NCBI GenBank assembly: GCA_054661495.1
Contig: BAAFSQ010000129.1
Coordinates: 1 to 28,001, forward strand
DNA length: 28,001 nucleotides
Direction: 5' to 3'
Source of the DNA: Zygophlyctis sp. KS116
Lineage: Eukaryota; Fungi; Chytridiomycota
In this document: piece after piece, positions 1 through 12,292 of the stretch
Numbering within the stretch: the first letter of the stretch is position 1
Layout of the letters: each line of letters opens with the position of its first letter
The notes under the pieces: model-generated
Told to the model about the DNA's origin: nothing
Database searches by the model: none
The model's input: the letters and a program-made list of their open reading frames with translations, nothing else
Program-made: the position numbers and the translations under genes

Positions 1-47
1 TAGGCAAGGGTGGTCCCATCAATGCATTACTCATTCCCGCAATTTAA
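1..47 (+). CDS. Possible 3' terminal exon of a gene entering from the left (...KGGPINALLIPAI*)
   Basis: Window opens with tag (possible acceptor), then a GC-richer open frame ending TAA at 45-47, followed by an AT-rich spacer convergent with the ABC gene. Product not recognised. Confidence 0.25.
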   Translation, partial: GKGGPINALLIPAI

Positions 48-114
48 TTTAAAAACGTTCGGACATGATGAAATTGAACTTAAATATATATTCAAGTTTA
101 TAATCTATAATAAT

Positions 115-3100
115 CTATCGTTGTTCCCTAACCATGATTTGTAACCAAATAAGAGAAATCAAGACCAAAATAGCACAGGTGTACCATAAATACTGAACAT
201 CCAACCAGTAATTTTGAGGGTTGAGGCCAAATAAATTTAGAACTAGTGCACCAGTGGTTTCAATTTTTTGACCTGCCTTTTCATCCATCAATTTTAAGCC
301 ATTAACTTCATTGACTGCAACTGCTTCAAAAGCAAAACCGAAGAAGCTTATTTTCTTTAAAAACCAGAGAATTTCAGGAATTGACTTTTGATTTACCAGA
401 AATCCACCAAAAAGCATCTGAAAAAGTAAATTTAAAATCGCAACCAAGCTAGCGACACTTGCATCTTTAAATATGATGCTGATCATTAGACATAATGACG
501 CTGCTGATACATTGAAAAGAATTATAACCTGAAGAAATCTCAATAAGAAGACAAGAGACTCTGACCGAAGTCCAGCCATTTGATAGCAAATCAATCCAAA
601 AAATATTGGCGGTATGATGCGCAACGGAAATATGTCAAAGAGAATCTACAATTTAGAATCATATGAAAAACTACCTTCGATATGAAATAGATAAATGGAC
701 TATAATATCCATTTGCACGCTCCTTTATAAATATTATCCTTTCTGAAGAAAAAGTCTTGACATTAGTAGGGTTTTTCCTTACCGGGATAGAAGCAATACA
801 CATAAATGCAAAGAGAACAAAGCTAAAGAAAAAAAACCCGAGTCTGTTTTGAAAACCAGCTACGTCGTTTGTTAACTTCCAATATAAACTCCCAATGCTA
901 AGAGCCATAAAGAATGTAATAATATATTGAGCTTTCAGAAGGTCAGGATTTCGAACCAAATTTTTCAGATTCCTATCCGACAGGATTTTAAACTGTGTCC
1001 ACCAAGATGCTTGATTCATGTTTGTGTACCACGAAAAATAATCCACAGAAGAAGTTTGATTTCTTAAGTCATTTGCAGATGGATTAGATTCATCTCTTTT
1101 GCTTTCGGACATAAACTTATCGACTTGTGCCGACATACTACTATTTAAGTATCCTACAATGAGTTCTTCTAACTGAGAGCCCGTTTCCATATAAGTAATA
1201 TCTCTCGGTGGAAAATTACTCGTGAATCCCTGGTAAGTGTTGTTATATGATTCAATTATAGGGCGATCTGATACTGGAGAAAAAAACAAAGGCGAGGATA
1301 AACTCGGCGAAACAAATTTCGGAGTAAATAGTTCTTCTTCTTGTATAGAACGAACAGAGCGTCTTGAAGAAGGTCGAGAGTTAGATCTGTTTCCGACTGC
1401 TAATGATAAATTTTCATTGTCGCGATGATTTAGTGGAGCTGAGTTTTTCGCATTTGCTGCATGCATTGTCAAATCTACCAGATAATCTGCTAGATTAAAT
1501 CCTAGTGGGCAAACGAACCCAAGATTTCTGAAATGTTCGAGGGCCTCCTCATGAGCTGGACCAGAGTAAATAAGTCGACCTTTGGCCAATAAAACCAGCT
1601 TATCGAATAAAGCGTAAATATTTGATCTGGGTTGATGGATTGTCATAATAACTGTTCGCTTGTAAGATCGAGCTAGTGTAACAAGACATTCAACAACATT
1701 GTATGCGTTAAATGCATCCAGCCCTTGAAATTAGATTGTATTTTATGGTACCTGAAGTAGGTTCGTCTACGAAAAGAATACTTGGACTTGTAACAAGCTC
1801 ACACGCAATGCTAACTCTCCGTTTCTCGCCACCACTTATACCTCGCTTATCTTTGAATTAGATAATAAATTCGAGATATACCACTTGTCCCAATATATCG
1901 ATTTGCAATATTTACTATTCCCAATTCCTCCATGGTCTCATTTACTCGGCGAATTTTGTTGGCAATTGACATTTTTTGAGGCAATCGCAGCAAGGCCGAA
2001 TGCAGAATAGTTTCATAAACTGTCAATGTCCCCATCAATGTATCCTCTTGATCAATATATCTTTTTTTAGTAATCTAAGAAAATACCCAATTATTGATTT
2101 ATATTCTTGGGCATTCATTTTTTTACCATTAACACTGATTTCACCAGTTATTAAACCTTTCTTATTCTTTTTCGCTAAAATATCGAGGAAAGTTGTTTTC
2201 CCCGCTCCACTTCCACCCATAATAGCCAAAATTTCTCCAGGCTTTACAAAACCTTTAATATCTTTTAAAACCATCAGTGAATTAGATAAAACTTGCCCGG
2301 AAGAGCCTTCAGAAGATGTTGTGGGCTCTTTTGGGATATGAAATGAGTTTGAATGCCCCTCTATAGAATATGAGATATTTGAAAAGCAAAGGGTAGATGG
2401 CACATGATTGGCCATGATATGCTGTTCTTGCTCTCTAACATCTTCATCGTCCATGAGAGGCCTTGTCTCATCATTTTCAGAATATCCATGACTTCTTCGC
2501 TTTAACCATGAAATACAAGCAAAAGTTCCAATCAAGATAAATATAGCACTGAATGACATAATGATAATAGCAGAATCCGAAAAAGATGGATTTTGGGGAG
2601 GTTTCCAATCAGGTAGCTGACTTTCATGCAAACACTCCCCGGCCCGATTACAATCTAGATATATCAAAGGATCGCCAAATATTGTGTTAATCAGATCATT
2701 CATATGTGGCTCTAAATTAAGTTTTATACATAAGAAATACCGGAAAATGTACAGCTTCTTGATTCATTTTTTAATGCAGACTCTATACACTCCATAGTTG
2801 ATGGACCTTTCGGACCGTCTTCGCTTTTAAACCATTCCGTGAGATCCGTCCCATTCGGATCACACAGAAATCTTCCTGGCACACAATTACATTGTACATT
2901 TTGACATTTATATGTATTGATTACATCTTTCTCTTTGATGCCTTTTTATTATTTTCCAAAATTCAAAACTACCATTTTCACCCTTGCAGCTACTAAATGT
3001 ACAAAAAAAGCTTTCGATGGATCCAGTCCAGAATTCAAAATGACATTTACTACTCCTGGCGTCACAAGAAAACGTAATCGACGGTTTCCTATCATTTCCC

Positions 3101-3552
3101 AACTTATCCGCAATTTCTTTATCTTGTAATCAATTTAAATCTATCATACTCGTTACTTTGCATTCCAGAAAATTTTGTACAATTGCAAGTGAAGAATTAT
3201 AACATAATCCAGTCATGTTTGTAGGCATCATAGCATCACATACAGAGTTCTCTTGGCAAACTACCAGTTATTAATTCAAATTCATACTATTGCAATTAGT
3301 ACCAGCCCATCCTTTTGAGCAGCTGCATGAGTCACCATTCCTTCCTTTTCTTTGAGGATTGGGAATTGGCAGGGAATCACATACTAAAATTAGAAAAGGT
3401 TTATTACATGGATCTAAACAGTTTTGACCACCAAAGCCTGGCGGACAAGAGCAGAGTCCAGTTCCACTGTTACATATGCCAGCATTTAAACAAGGGAATT
3501 GATCTAAGTTACAGTTGAAGCATGGCGGACAATCAATGGAATTAGACAACAT
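115..3552 (-). CDS. ADP1: ADP1-like half-size ABCG transporter with N-terminal EGF-like Cys-rich domain
   Basis: CPPCFNC and [12 protein letters not shown]-like repeats, one TM, Walker [10 protein letters not shown], signature ISGGE, Walker B DEPTSG, H-loop TIHQP, C-terminal ABC2 membrane domain (GFQNRLG, ERANGYY). Ten frame-restoring GT-AG introns: 3384-3407, 3261-3287, 3123-3149, 2942-2972, 2712-2740, 2061-2086, 1851-1881, 1724-1751, 756-782, 646-674. Start codon uncertain because no signal peptide follows ATG 3552. Confidence 0.9.
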
Positions 3553-3564
3553 TACGGATTTGAT

Positions 3565-3580
3565 ACGCGCTTAAACGCGT
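3565..3580. promoter_or_regulatory. Near-palindromic double CGCG element (ACGCGCTTAAACGCGT) in a 41 bp divergent promoter
   Basis: 16 bp imperfect palindrome with one mismatched pair, containing a perfect ACGCGT (MCB-type core). Lies between ATG 3552(-) and candidate ATG 3594(+). Confidence 0.5.
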
Positions 3581-3593
3581 TTTGCTTTCGAAG

Positions 3594-3944
3594 ATGATCT
3601 ACCGAAGAAATGGCTTGACACTTATACGTAAATATTGAAACTTCAAGTATACCTTTACAAGCGTATGAAGTACCAGAGAAAAAGCCAGTCATCAAGAGAA
3701 AAGTTGTGGTTGCTGAATTTGTCAAAGTTCTCGTTCAAAGTCATCAGATTGGCAGACTAGATGTAAAGCATTTGAATCTCTTAGATAGCCAAAGCTAGCT
3801 CTGATTAAATTAAAAAACTTTCTGGAAGACAGAAATAAAAAGTTGAATTTTTACATAAACTTAAAATCTAAACATATACCGAATAAGCCGCACCTGGGAA
3901 CATTCTATATCTGTACATCCAACAATAATTATTGTATTAATTAA
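3594..3944 (+). CDS. Probable small basic hypothetical protein missed by the ORF track (MIYRRNGLTLIPYEVPEKKPVIKRKVVVAEFVKVLVQSHQIGRLD...)
   Basis: ATG 3594 and two candidate tiny introns (3628-3661, 3763-3788) that keep an open frame. It fills the only sizeable gap between ADP1 and the ankyrin gene. Acceptor choices and 3' end are ambiguous. Confidence 0.35.
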
Positions 3945-3953
3945 TACACAATA

Positions 3954-6900
3954 TTAGTCTAATTTTCTTCTTTGGTAGATCAATGCAACTTTTGGGGACA
4001 AGAGATTTACATTAATCTTGTCATATCTCTCACTTGCTTTGATGAATGGGAATTTTAAGTTTGTTGCTTGATCAAAGATTGTATGTTCTTGAGTTTCTGT
4101 AAGATCATGATTGATGGGATTTGCTATTAGAGAACCTAACAAGTCCGATCTTAGTCTTTGAATCTCTCCTAGCTGTTTTAAATGAATCTGCTTGAATTCA
4201 CTTAATTCATTTGCTAATAGTGTATCTTGAACTAAAGAATTCAATTGTTCAGTTGAACTGAAATTTGAAATAAGGGTATCTTTGTCCTTGCTTGTTGTTT
4301 TATTTTCTCTGTCTTTGATTATCTTGTTTCGAAGTGCATCAATCTCTTTTTTAAGCGTATCGTTGGAGTTTTGTAGTTTTTCAATCTCGTTCTGATATGA
4401 TGCATTTAGTTTAGTATCTTTGGTAGCTTTTTCGAAGAGCAATTGATGGGATGAAGATAAATTGTTAGTTTTAGATAAAAGTTGGTTCACCATATCCAAA
4501 AGATCTTTAATTTCTTCATCTGAAAGATTGAGAGTGGCTTCCAAATGTTTAATCATTGTTTCACTGTGGGCTTGATCATGTTTGGCCTGGTTTACTTGTA
4601 AATTTAAACAATTTATCTCTAGTTGAAGCTGTTTTAATTCTTGCTGGTAAGATTCTGCTTGAATGTTGTAATGTTTTTTAAGCTGCTTATAAGATTCGTC
4701 AAGTTTATCTTTTTCAGTAGTTAATTGCAAAACTGTGTTTTCAAGTTTCCTAATTTCTTCCTTTGATTGCTTCATTCTGATTTCCTGTTGAATAATCATA
4801 GTCTCTGCCGCTGCATGAACTTCCTTTTCTATCGTGAATTTTTTCAGTTCTAACTTTAGTTTATCGATATCGATAGCATAGCATTCATTACAGTTTTGAA
4901 GACGTTCGATTTCTCCTCGCAACAGTTCAGTCTGAGATCTCTCTTTTGCTGTTAGATTATTCATGTTGGAATCTCGCTCCTGTTTTACGTTTTTGAGTTC
5001 TAAACACAATCGATCAATTTCTTTGATGTTTTCTGAATTGGATACTTGAATCTTTTGAAATTCTAATTGAAAATTCTCGTTCATTTCCTTTTCTTTTCTG
5101 CTTTGGATCAATTCCAGACGCATGTTTTCCAGATCTTGTCTATACTTTTCGTTTGTAACCAATAGGGTATCAATCTCTTTGCGATTAGATAATGTCGCGC
5201 TGGACTGTTCATCTTTTAAGTCATGCAAGACTTTCTCAATTTGGCTCTTTTCGACTTCCGACTCATTTAGCCTATTTTGAAGCTGCGCCAACTCCAAACT
5301 TAATGAAGATTCCTTTCCTTCGATCGCATTTTGCATCTCCTTACGTAAGTTATCAATTTCTATTATTTGTCTTTCATTATTTATTGATAGCTTTTGAATT
5401 TCGTTTCGGTTAGCTTCTGCTAGAGCGCTTTCATGCATCCATTTATCTTGAAGTTGCCGATTTGAAATAGTCACATTTTTTATTTCAGCCCTTAATTCCT
5501 GTACAAGATTTTGATGATCTTGATTTTCCAAATTCGAAAGATCTAGAGAGTTTTGCAGATCTATAACCATGGAAGCCATATCTGCATTTGTTTTTTTTGC
5601 GTCTGTATTATTTTTTCCCGCTTCTGTTAACCTATTCATATTGGCTAGAAGACTTTCGATTTCCTTTTTATATTCACATTTAACACTTTCTTTGTCTTGA
5701 ATCAAATCATTGATTTTTTTATCAAACTCAAGTGAATCCTGATTATACTGGGCCGTTATTTCCATATTGCTGTTTTTAAGCTGAATAATTTTTGTCCTGC
5801 ATTCATTTACTTGATTTGATAAATCAGACATGTTGTAACTCAAAATCTCCTTTTCCTCCAAAGCTCTTACAAGATCTGACTCTAGCTGATCATTTGTTTG
5901 TAAGTATTTTTCTAGCTCCTCTTTCAGATGTATGATTTCATTTTTGGCTAGTCGCAAAGTACCGCCTTGAGCTGAAGCTAAATCTGATAGATTAGATTCA
6001 CTTTTAACCGTGATAAGCGATTCTTGAAATTCAGAAACCTTTTTAGCCAATTCATCTTTTTCTTGGATTAAATCTTCTCTGACAATCTGTTCTTTTTCGA
6101 TTTGATGCTCCAAAAATTGAATTTTAGCCAAATATTCTGGAAATTGATGCAAACTAGAGGTGTTTTCAGTCTGTGTTTGACTGTTTTGTCTTACAATTGG
6201 TGGATTCATTTGTAAGTAGTCAGAAGTTGTCGTTAGTTTATCTGCAGAGTAAAATGAAGTATCCATAGTAAAATTAGAATGTTTATCTGGAAATGAAAAG
6301 CTACCAGGACCATTAGAGTCTATTAATATTTCATCTTCATCTTGACAAATTTGACTATCACTACCATCAATTGAATCTTTTTCGATATCACTTATATAAT
6401 CTGGAATTTCAGGAATCTCTGATATTTCCCTTAAAGGAATCCCCAATCTTTCAACTGACATGCCGTCATCTTCCCTGACTCCTTTATTATCAAAAATCTA
6501 GAATTACTTTCATAGTGCCATTACCTGTGATCTAATATCGCTTGTATTTTCTGTATTAAAACTGACAATATCAGATAGTTCATCATCAGAAAAAACATTT
6601 GTATTTTGAGCTGATAATATCTTGATAGTAGGAAAATTAAAATAATCCTGGGGTACTCTTCCAAAACAATCTCTAGAATCAATTTTAGCGCCACCGTTGA
6701 GTATTAAATCAATCATTTCTTGATTCTTTTCAATCGTGGCATAATGTAACGGCGATCTTTAAAAGTCAGTTTTCATGAGACCTTTGTACCTCTTTTGAGA
6801 ATCTTCTACATTGACATTAATCCCATAGTCCAATAAACATTTGAGAATTGAAATCCCTTTGTATAGAATCACGTAATGTATCAAGTATTTTCCAGACTTT

Positions 6901-7465
6901 TTTGTAAATAACCTGCATGTACCTTGTCCACACTGTTTATATCTTCTCCTCCATTTATAAGAGCTGTGATTGCTGTCAAATTTTGGTTAAAAATAGCAAA
7001 ACTATACGTAAATCATTAAAGGTACTTTAGCGCAGAGTGTCCGAAATCATCTTTTTGATTAGTTTGAACTTTGCATTCAATCAGTAAAAATTCCATAATA
7101 TCCAAATGGCCATTGATTATGGCCTATTTTTAATAATAAGTAAATACAATCATCAATGGATTTCTTCCTTTAGCGTCTTTTAGTTCGAGATCAGCCCATG
7201 TCTTCCTTTTCGGACATTCATCAAAAGTAGTCGTTAGCTCTCGAACGATTGTCAAAGATCCTAATTCTACTGCATAATGAAAAGAAGAGAACCCATATTT
7301 TGAATTCAACTTGTTAACATCTTCCTTGTATAGACTCTTTACTTTTCTATTATCACCAGTGAATATTGCTTTTTCCATTGAATTTAAATATTTTGGATTC
7401 ACCGGCTCTAATCGTTTGCATTGACCGATATCTACTATTTCACTATTTTTAGTATCGAAGCTCAT
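3954..7465 (-). CDS. Ankyrin-repeat protein with long C-terminal coiled coil
   Basis: Ankyrin motifs (GFSSFHYAVELG, GRNPLMIAIINGH, GHSALNFA, RSPLHYA). Five introns of 24-33 nt join them in frame to the 835 aa E/K/L/Q-rich heptad ORF 3954-6461. Confidence 0.85.
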
Positions 7466-7491
7466 CAGGAAAGTCGCTTTTGAGACCGCTG

Positions 7492-7499
7492 TGACGTCA
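7492..7499. promoter_or_regulatory. CRE/ATF palindrome TGACGTCA in a 54 bp divergent promoter
   Basis: Perfect TGACGTCA between ATG 7465(-) and ATG 7520(+). Confidence 0.4.
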
Positions 7500-7519
7500 T
7501 TCTACTCTGATAAAGATTG

Positions 7520-8957
7520 ATGGAGCTTCCAAAGTCTCGAGAAGCATATTTACAGGAATACTTTGATGAATATGTTATTCTTTGTGATCAGAAAGGTCTA
7601 CAAGTTTTATTGCCAATCAGAAAGGCATTGGAAGAATCTATAGCTTCAAGGTAATATCTTTATTAACTCAATCAAAGAGTAACTCCAGATCAATTTATTT
7701 TAAATGGAAATGCACCCGAAAGAAGAACGTTTAGACTCGAAGATGATTATGTAGAGTCAATATTTCTGCCAATGATTGGGATTTCTTTTCTAAGAGAAAT
7801 AGATCTATCGTTTAATGAATTTGGAGATAAAGGGGCTAAATTACTTGCTAGATTAATCCAAGAAGATAAATATTTGGAAATCTTGAATTTACAATCTAAT
7901 AATATCGGGGAATCGGGTTCTGAAGCACTATGTAAAGCTCTACAACTCAATGAAAGAATCAACAACTTTAATATTTCCAATAATCCTATTGGTGATGTTG
8001 GCGGAATGGAATTTGCAAGAATGTTACAAGTAAAGTAAAACATAATTTAATACTAGGTAAATAGTACTATTACACATCTTGGAATGTCAGGCTGTGGATT
8101 AAAGGCAACATCTTCAATTGCATTATGGACAGTTGTAAAAAATAATGAGGCTTTAACTCATTTTGATATCTCAAATAATATGTCAAATCTTAATAGTTTA
8201 ACTCAATCAGTCATAAATGATATAATGTTACACTTATCAAGAGCTATTACTGGTCATACAACTCTAAAGTACTTGAATTTATCTAGAATGAATATCACAG
8301 ATTGGTCTACATGTGATTATTTTGCAAATGCACTTGGTGAATGCTCTGCTTTAGAAACTTTAGATTTAACAGCGTAATTTACCTATTCTAAAACTTAGAA
8401 ATAAAATTTCTAGAGATGGAGGTGTTGCAATCTTTAAAGCTTTAGCTAAACATACATCTATTTCAACCCTTATTTTAACTCGTTGTTCTATTCAAGATGA
8501 AGGTGCTTATGCTGTAAATGAGTTTCTTCTTGTAAATACAAGTCTTAAAAAGTAATTTATTTAGACTAAGAATCAGATTATATTTGGATTATAACAAGAT
8601 CACATCTAAAGGACTCATTGATATTGCTTTGGCTTTAAATGGAAATTATTCTGTAGAATTTATTGCTCTTTGGGGTAACCAATGGGATAAATTAGCTTGC
8701 CAGGTACATTTTCAGTATATAACTTTGAAAAGGCTTTTGCACCTCTGATTGGTGGACCAATTTATTCTGTTTCTATTGATGATGATCTTAAACTTCCAGT
8801 ATTACCACGCAATACTGCACTTTTCGCATTTGAAAATTCTGATACTGATAATATAATCGTTCGTAAAAGAAAAGGGAAATCTCGACTTCGTCGGAATGGA
8901 ACGGATGTTACATTTTACACGACTGAAGGAGTCTTGAACGTTGCAGAGTCACATTGA
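7520..8957 (+). CDS. Ribonuclease-inhibitor-type leucine-rich-repeat protein, LRRC34-like
   Basis: Repeats IDLSFNEFGDKGA, LNLQSNNIGESG, FNISNNPIGDVGGMEFARMLQVN, LYLDYNKITSKG and the C-terminal ALWGNQW. Five introns of 25-29 nt, first at 7651-7677. LRRC34 assignment is from remembered similarity. Confidence 0.8.
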
Positions 8958-9016
8958 ACCCTAAAAGTTGAAAATAAAATTTTTGTTTCCCGTTTTCGCT
9001 TGTTTAAAAATTGATC

Positions 9017-9718
9017 ATGAATCGAAATAGATCCTATTCTCTCCCTGGATACCAATTTTCCCATTCAGATAATCCTCTGCTCTCACTCTGGGCATCAATG
9101 TCTAGACCCCCGATGCATTCATCGTCATTAGAGTTATCTCCCTTTCATGAAGACACTACTTCTAACCTCTGGACAATGGAAGATGAAAGTGCGTATCCAA
9201 CTCCCCTGGACAAAAGTGACGATCCTTTTCTGCCTGAAAAAACTATCGCCCATCCCGATCATGAGTTTGATCAAGAAATTGTAAAGTCTTCTTCGCTTTT
9301 TGAATCACTGCTGGTTGCGAACATCAATGGGTCTCAGATCAATGTACAAAAAGATGAGATAAGTAGTGGGAGACATCGAAGCTTTAGTCATTCATGTGCT
9401 ATTCCAAGGACATTTAATGGATCAGAAAAAACGATTCAGTGTCCATTTTGTGATAAGATGTTTTATAAAAAGTACAATCTCAAATCTCATCTAGTGTCGC
9501 ATTCTAGTAAGTCATAATGTTATCATTAATTTTTAGAGGAAAGACCTTTTGTATGTCAAGTTTGTGATTCTGCTTTTGCTCGGAAACATGATCTTCAAAG
9601 GCACTTACGATCTCTTCATGGGTTATTGCAAACTTACAAGTGTAAAAAATGTGATCAAATTTTTTCTAGATTTGATGCTTTGAAAAGGCATGTTCTTCAG
9701 CAATGTGAATCAGTATAG
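9017..9718 (+). CDS. C2H2 zinc-finger transcription factor (three fingers, Crz1-like finger array)
   Basis: CPFCDKMFYKKYNLKSHLVSH, then a 30 nt intron, then KERPFVCQVCDSAFARKHDLQRHLRSLH and YKCKKCDQIFSRFDALKRH. Ser-rich N-terminus. Confidence 0.85.
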
Positions 9719-9894
9719 TCTCTGTCCCTATAGTTTTTAATACTTGTGAAATACTAATAGCTAATAAATAAAATTCTTTTTGAATTCTTTTTTCTCTACG
9801 ACTCTCAATTATGGATATCATTACTTAAAGTAATAGGCGACAGTAAAATCACAAAGTAGAATGTATTTTGGTTTTGTCTAGCAAAATAGCATTA

Positions 9895-11409
9895 TCATTG
9901 GGTATCTTTTTCATTTTCTGACTGATCCTGCGATCCAGAAACATCGTTAAGTGCACTTTTAATAATATCGTCTCCTTTTTCTTCCATAGCATCGACTGTT
10001 AATGATTCAGCTTCAGAGTCTTTTGGAAAATATATGATAGATTTCTTTCCTATATCTAAAACATTCTGTGCATTTCCAATCCTTCTTTGTTTCACAGCGA
10101 TAAGATTTTTCTTTGTGTAATCAAAGACTTTGAATTTCTTTTCAAGAATCTCATACTCTGGAGGCAGAGCCTCGCCAGTATTAGATATCCTCACACCCGT
10201 ACTTTTCGTATGGTTAGTAATGGGATTGTCCTCTAGTAATAATTCCTCAAGTTCATGCTGCGCATCAAAGTTAACTTTCTTCGACTAATGATTAACAATA
10301 AGAATATTTACATCTGGTATAAAAGGCGGTTTGATTTGCCTTGATTCTAGAGAATGCCAATCCAATCCAGTAAAAATAGAATGTTCTTTGTATTTTTTTG
10401 GCACTCCTTCACCTTGGGTTCCAAGTCTCTGCTTTACTGTCCGTTGTAAAAGCTAAAAATGAGATAATTGAAGCAAACCCGATGTATAAAATCAATGCAC
10501 TCAGCACTTTGAGGGGTCTCTTTTGGAACTTTTGGAAACGAAACTTCTTCACTTGTAATTGACTTTACAAGAAGTTCATGGTTTTTGGCTCTAAATGGCC
10601 GCTATTAATTTAAAATGGAGTTAAAAATTACTTTTCCAAAAAGAAGCTCATAAAAAGTTACGCCAAGACTCCAATAATCCACTTCAGGTCCATAGTTTTT
10701 AGAAAATATTTCAGGGGCTAAAGAAATTAATAATAAAGATATTTACCGATATAAGCAAGACTTCCTGCAAAAGCTTTTAGTGGCACCCCGGGTCGAGCTT
10801 TGACTGCCACATTGAAATCTGTCAAACTGACATGCCCATCCGATGATAGTAATACTAAATTTTAGTTACTTCAAAAATACAATTATCAGGTTTTATGTCC
10901 CGATGAACAATATTCTTATCATGCAAGTATTCAAGTCCAGAGCCGATTTCTGCGGCATAAAATATGATTTGAGGAACAGTAAATGTGCCAGTATCAAGTA
11001 AATGAAAACGCATGTCACCACCGAGCATCAAATCGAGAACCATGAAGAGATTGTCATCATCTTGAAATGCATATCTTAAATTGCTATATATTATATTAGA
11101 TAATCATACCAAATAAAAGCGTGGCTTAATTCCTCTAGAATTCTTCTTTCTTGTATAATATTACCAACCGCCTTCATCTTGATACATTTTGCTTTATTTA
11201 TGTATTTCAATGCAAACATAAGTTTAGATCCTTTATGCTCCGCCACTCTAACCTATGGTTGTAAGATAACGCCAATACCTTTCCGAATGCTCCTTTCCCT
11301 ACTGAGCGAAGTAAAGAAAAATGACTCAGGTCAACTATAAATTTATGGATACATTAATGATACCTTCTTGTGTGAAATCAATATCCTCTGAGCAGCAAAA
11401 GCAGCCCAT
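9895..11409 (-). CDS. AGC-group Ser/Thr kinase, YANK/STK32 family
   Basis: MGCFCC acylation-type N-terminus, [34 protein letters not shown], family-typical DFN (LTDFNVA), APE, and C-terminal [17 protein letters not shown]. Eight introns of 26-30 nt. Confidence 0.9.
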
Positions 11410-11613
11410 ATTGAAAGAATCGGGGATTTCGCGTCGTCTGACACGTCGACTTTGCGTGTTGAGCCAGTGGCATGGCCCAATCTAAAGTCCGAAAAAAGAA
11501 AATATCGATACGAATCTCAAAAGATTGTCCATTGAAATCAAACCACATTTGAGATGTCATATTTAGTCTTGTGATCTACTCGGGGCGCTAGTGGCGTTTT
11601 GTTTAGAAAAGAA

Positions 11614-12279
11614 ATGGGTAATCCAATCGAAACATCACATCTTGATACAGATGCGGTTGATGATGAGACTTTAAGATGCATCAAGAATGTGAAAGATCTC
11701 AGCCCCCAAAATATTAAAATATTTCTTGAACATTTGTTTGGAGGAATGTCATTGATTGCCAAAGAAACAGTGGTTGACATATTATGGGCTTCAATGACAT
11801 TAAGAGAACAACATCTGTTTGATATGCCGACTGCAGGTCGTAGACTTACGGATGAAGAAATACATCGCAATTTTAGTTCATCAGAGCTAAATGTGATTCC
11901 CAGAAGAGTGGTGAGAGATCTGCATCAAGTAGATCCTTTAAGCCGATCTATGAGAACACGCACAGGATTAACAACACAGATATGGCCTAGAATAGGATAC
12001 TCTAGGGCAGTAGAAGGGAACTCTAATGATGCGAATCCCCCGGAAATTGGAATAGAACTATTCCAATCTGATAATGTTCGAAGGCGAAATCTGTCAAATA
12101 GTACACCAAACGAACCTGGGGAAATCGGCGACCATATATTGACCTTGCTTATGTACTTTTATTCAATAGCTAAAATTAGGGATGTTGTAATGAGAGCTGA
12201 ACTAAATTCATCTAGAGGAGGGGCAGGATCAACTCAAGAAGAAGATTCCGAACATACTACCCGTCGATCACGCCAGTGA
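11614..12279 (+). CDS. Intronless hypothetical protein (221 aa), no family recognised
   Basis: Long open frame with first ATG at 11614, preceded by a CG-rich promoter-like stretch. Ends 13 bp from the convergent oligopeptidase stop. Confidence 0.6.
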   Translation: MGNPIETSHLDTDAVDDETLRCIKNVKDLSPQNIKIFLEHLFGGMSLIAKETVVDILWASMTLREQHLFDMPTAGRRLTDEEIHRNFSSSELNVIPRRVVRDLHQVDPLSRSMRTRTGLTTQIWPRIGYSRAVEGNSNDANPPEIGIELFQSDNVRRRNLSNSTPNEPGEIGDHILTLLMYFYSIAKIRDVVMRAELNSSRGGAGSTQEEDSEHTTRRSRQ

Positions 12280-12292
12280 TAAGTCCGATTTT

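Noticed and set aside
3954-6461. 2.5 kb intron-free exon as a foreign insertion
   Set aside because: Host-like composition and joined in frame to the ankyrin exons. It is a fast-evolving coiled-coil region.
10020-10049. Possible non-canonical GA-AG 30 nt intron in the kinase tail
   Set aside because: In frame and stop-free, in a non-conserved region, and lacking a branch motif at the usual distance. No evidence that it is spliced.
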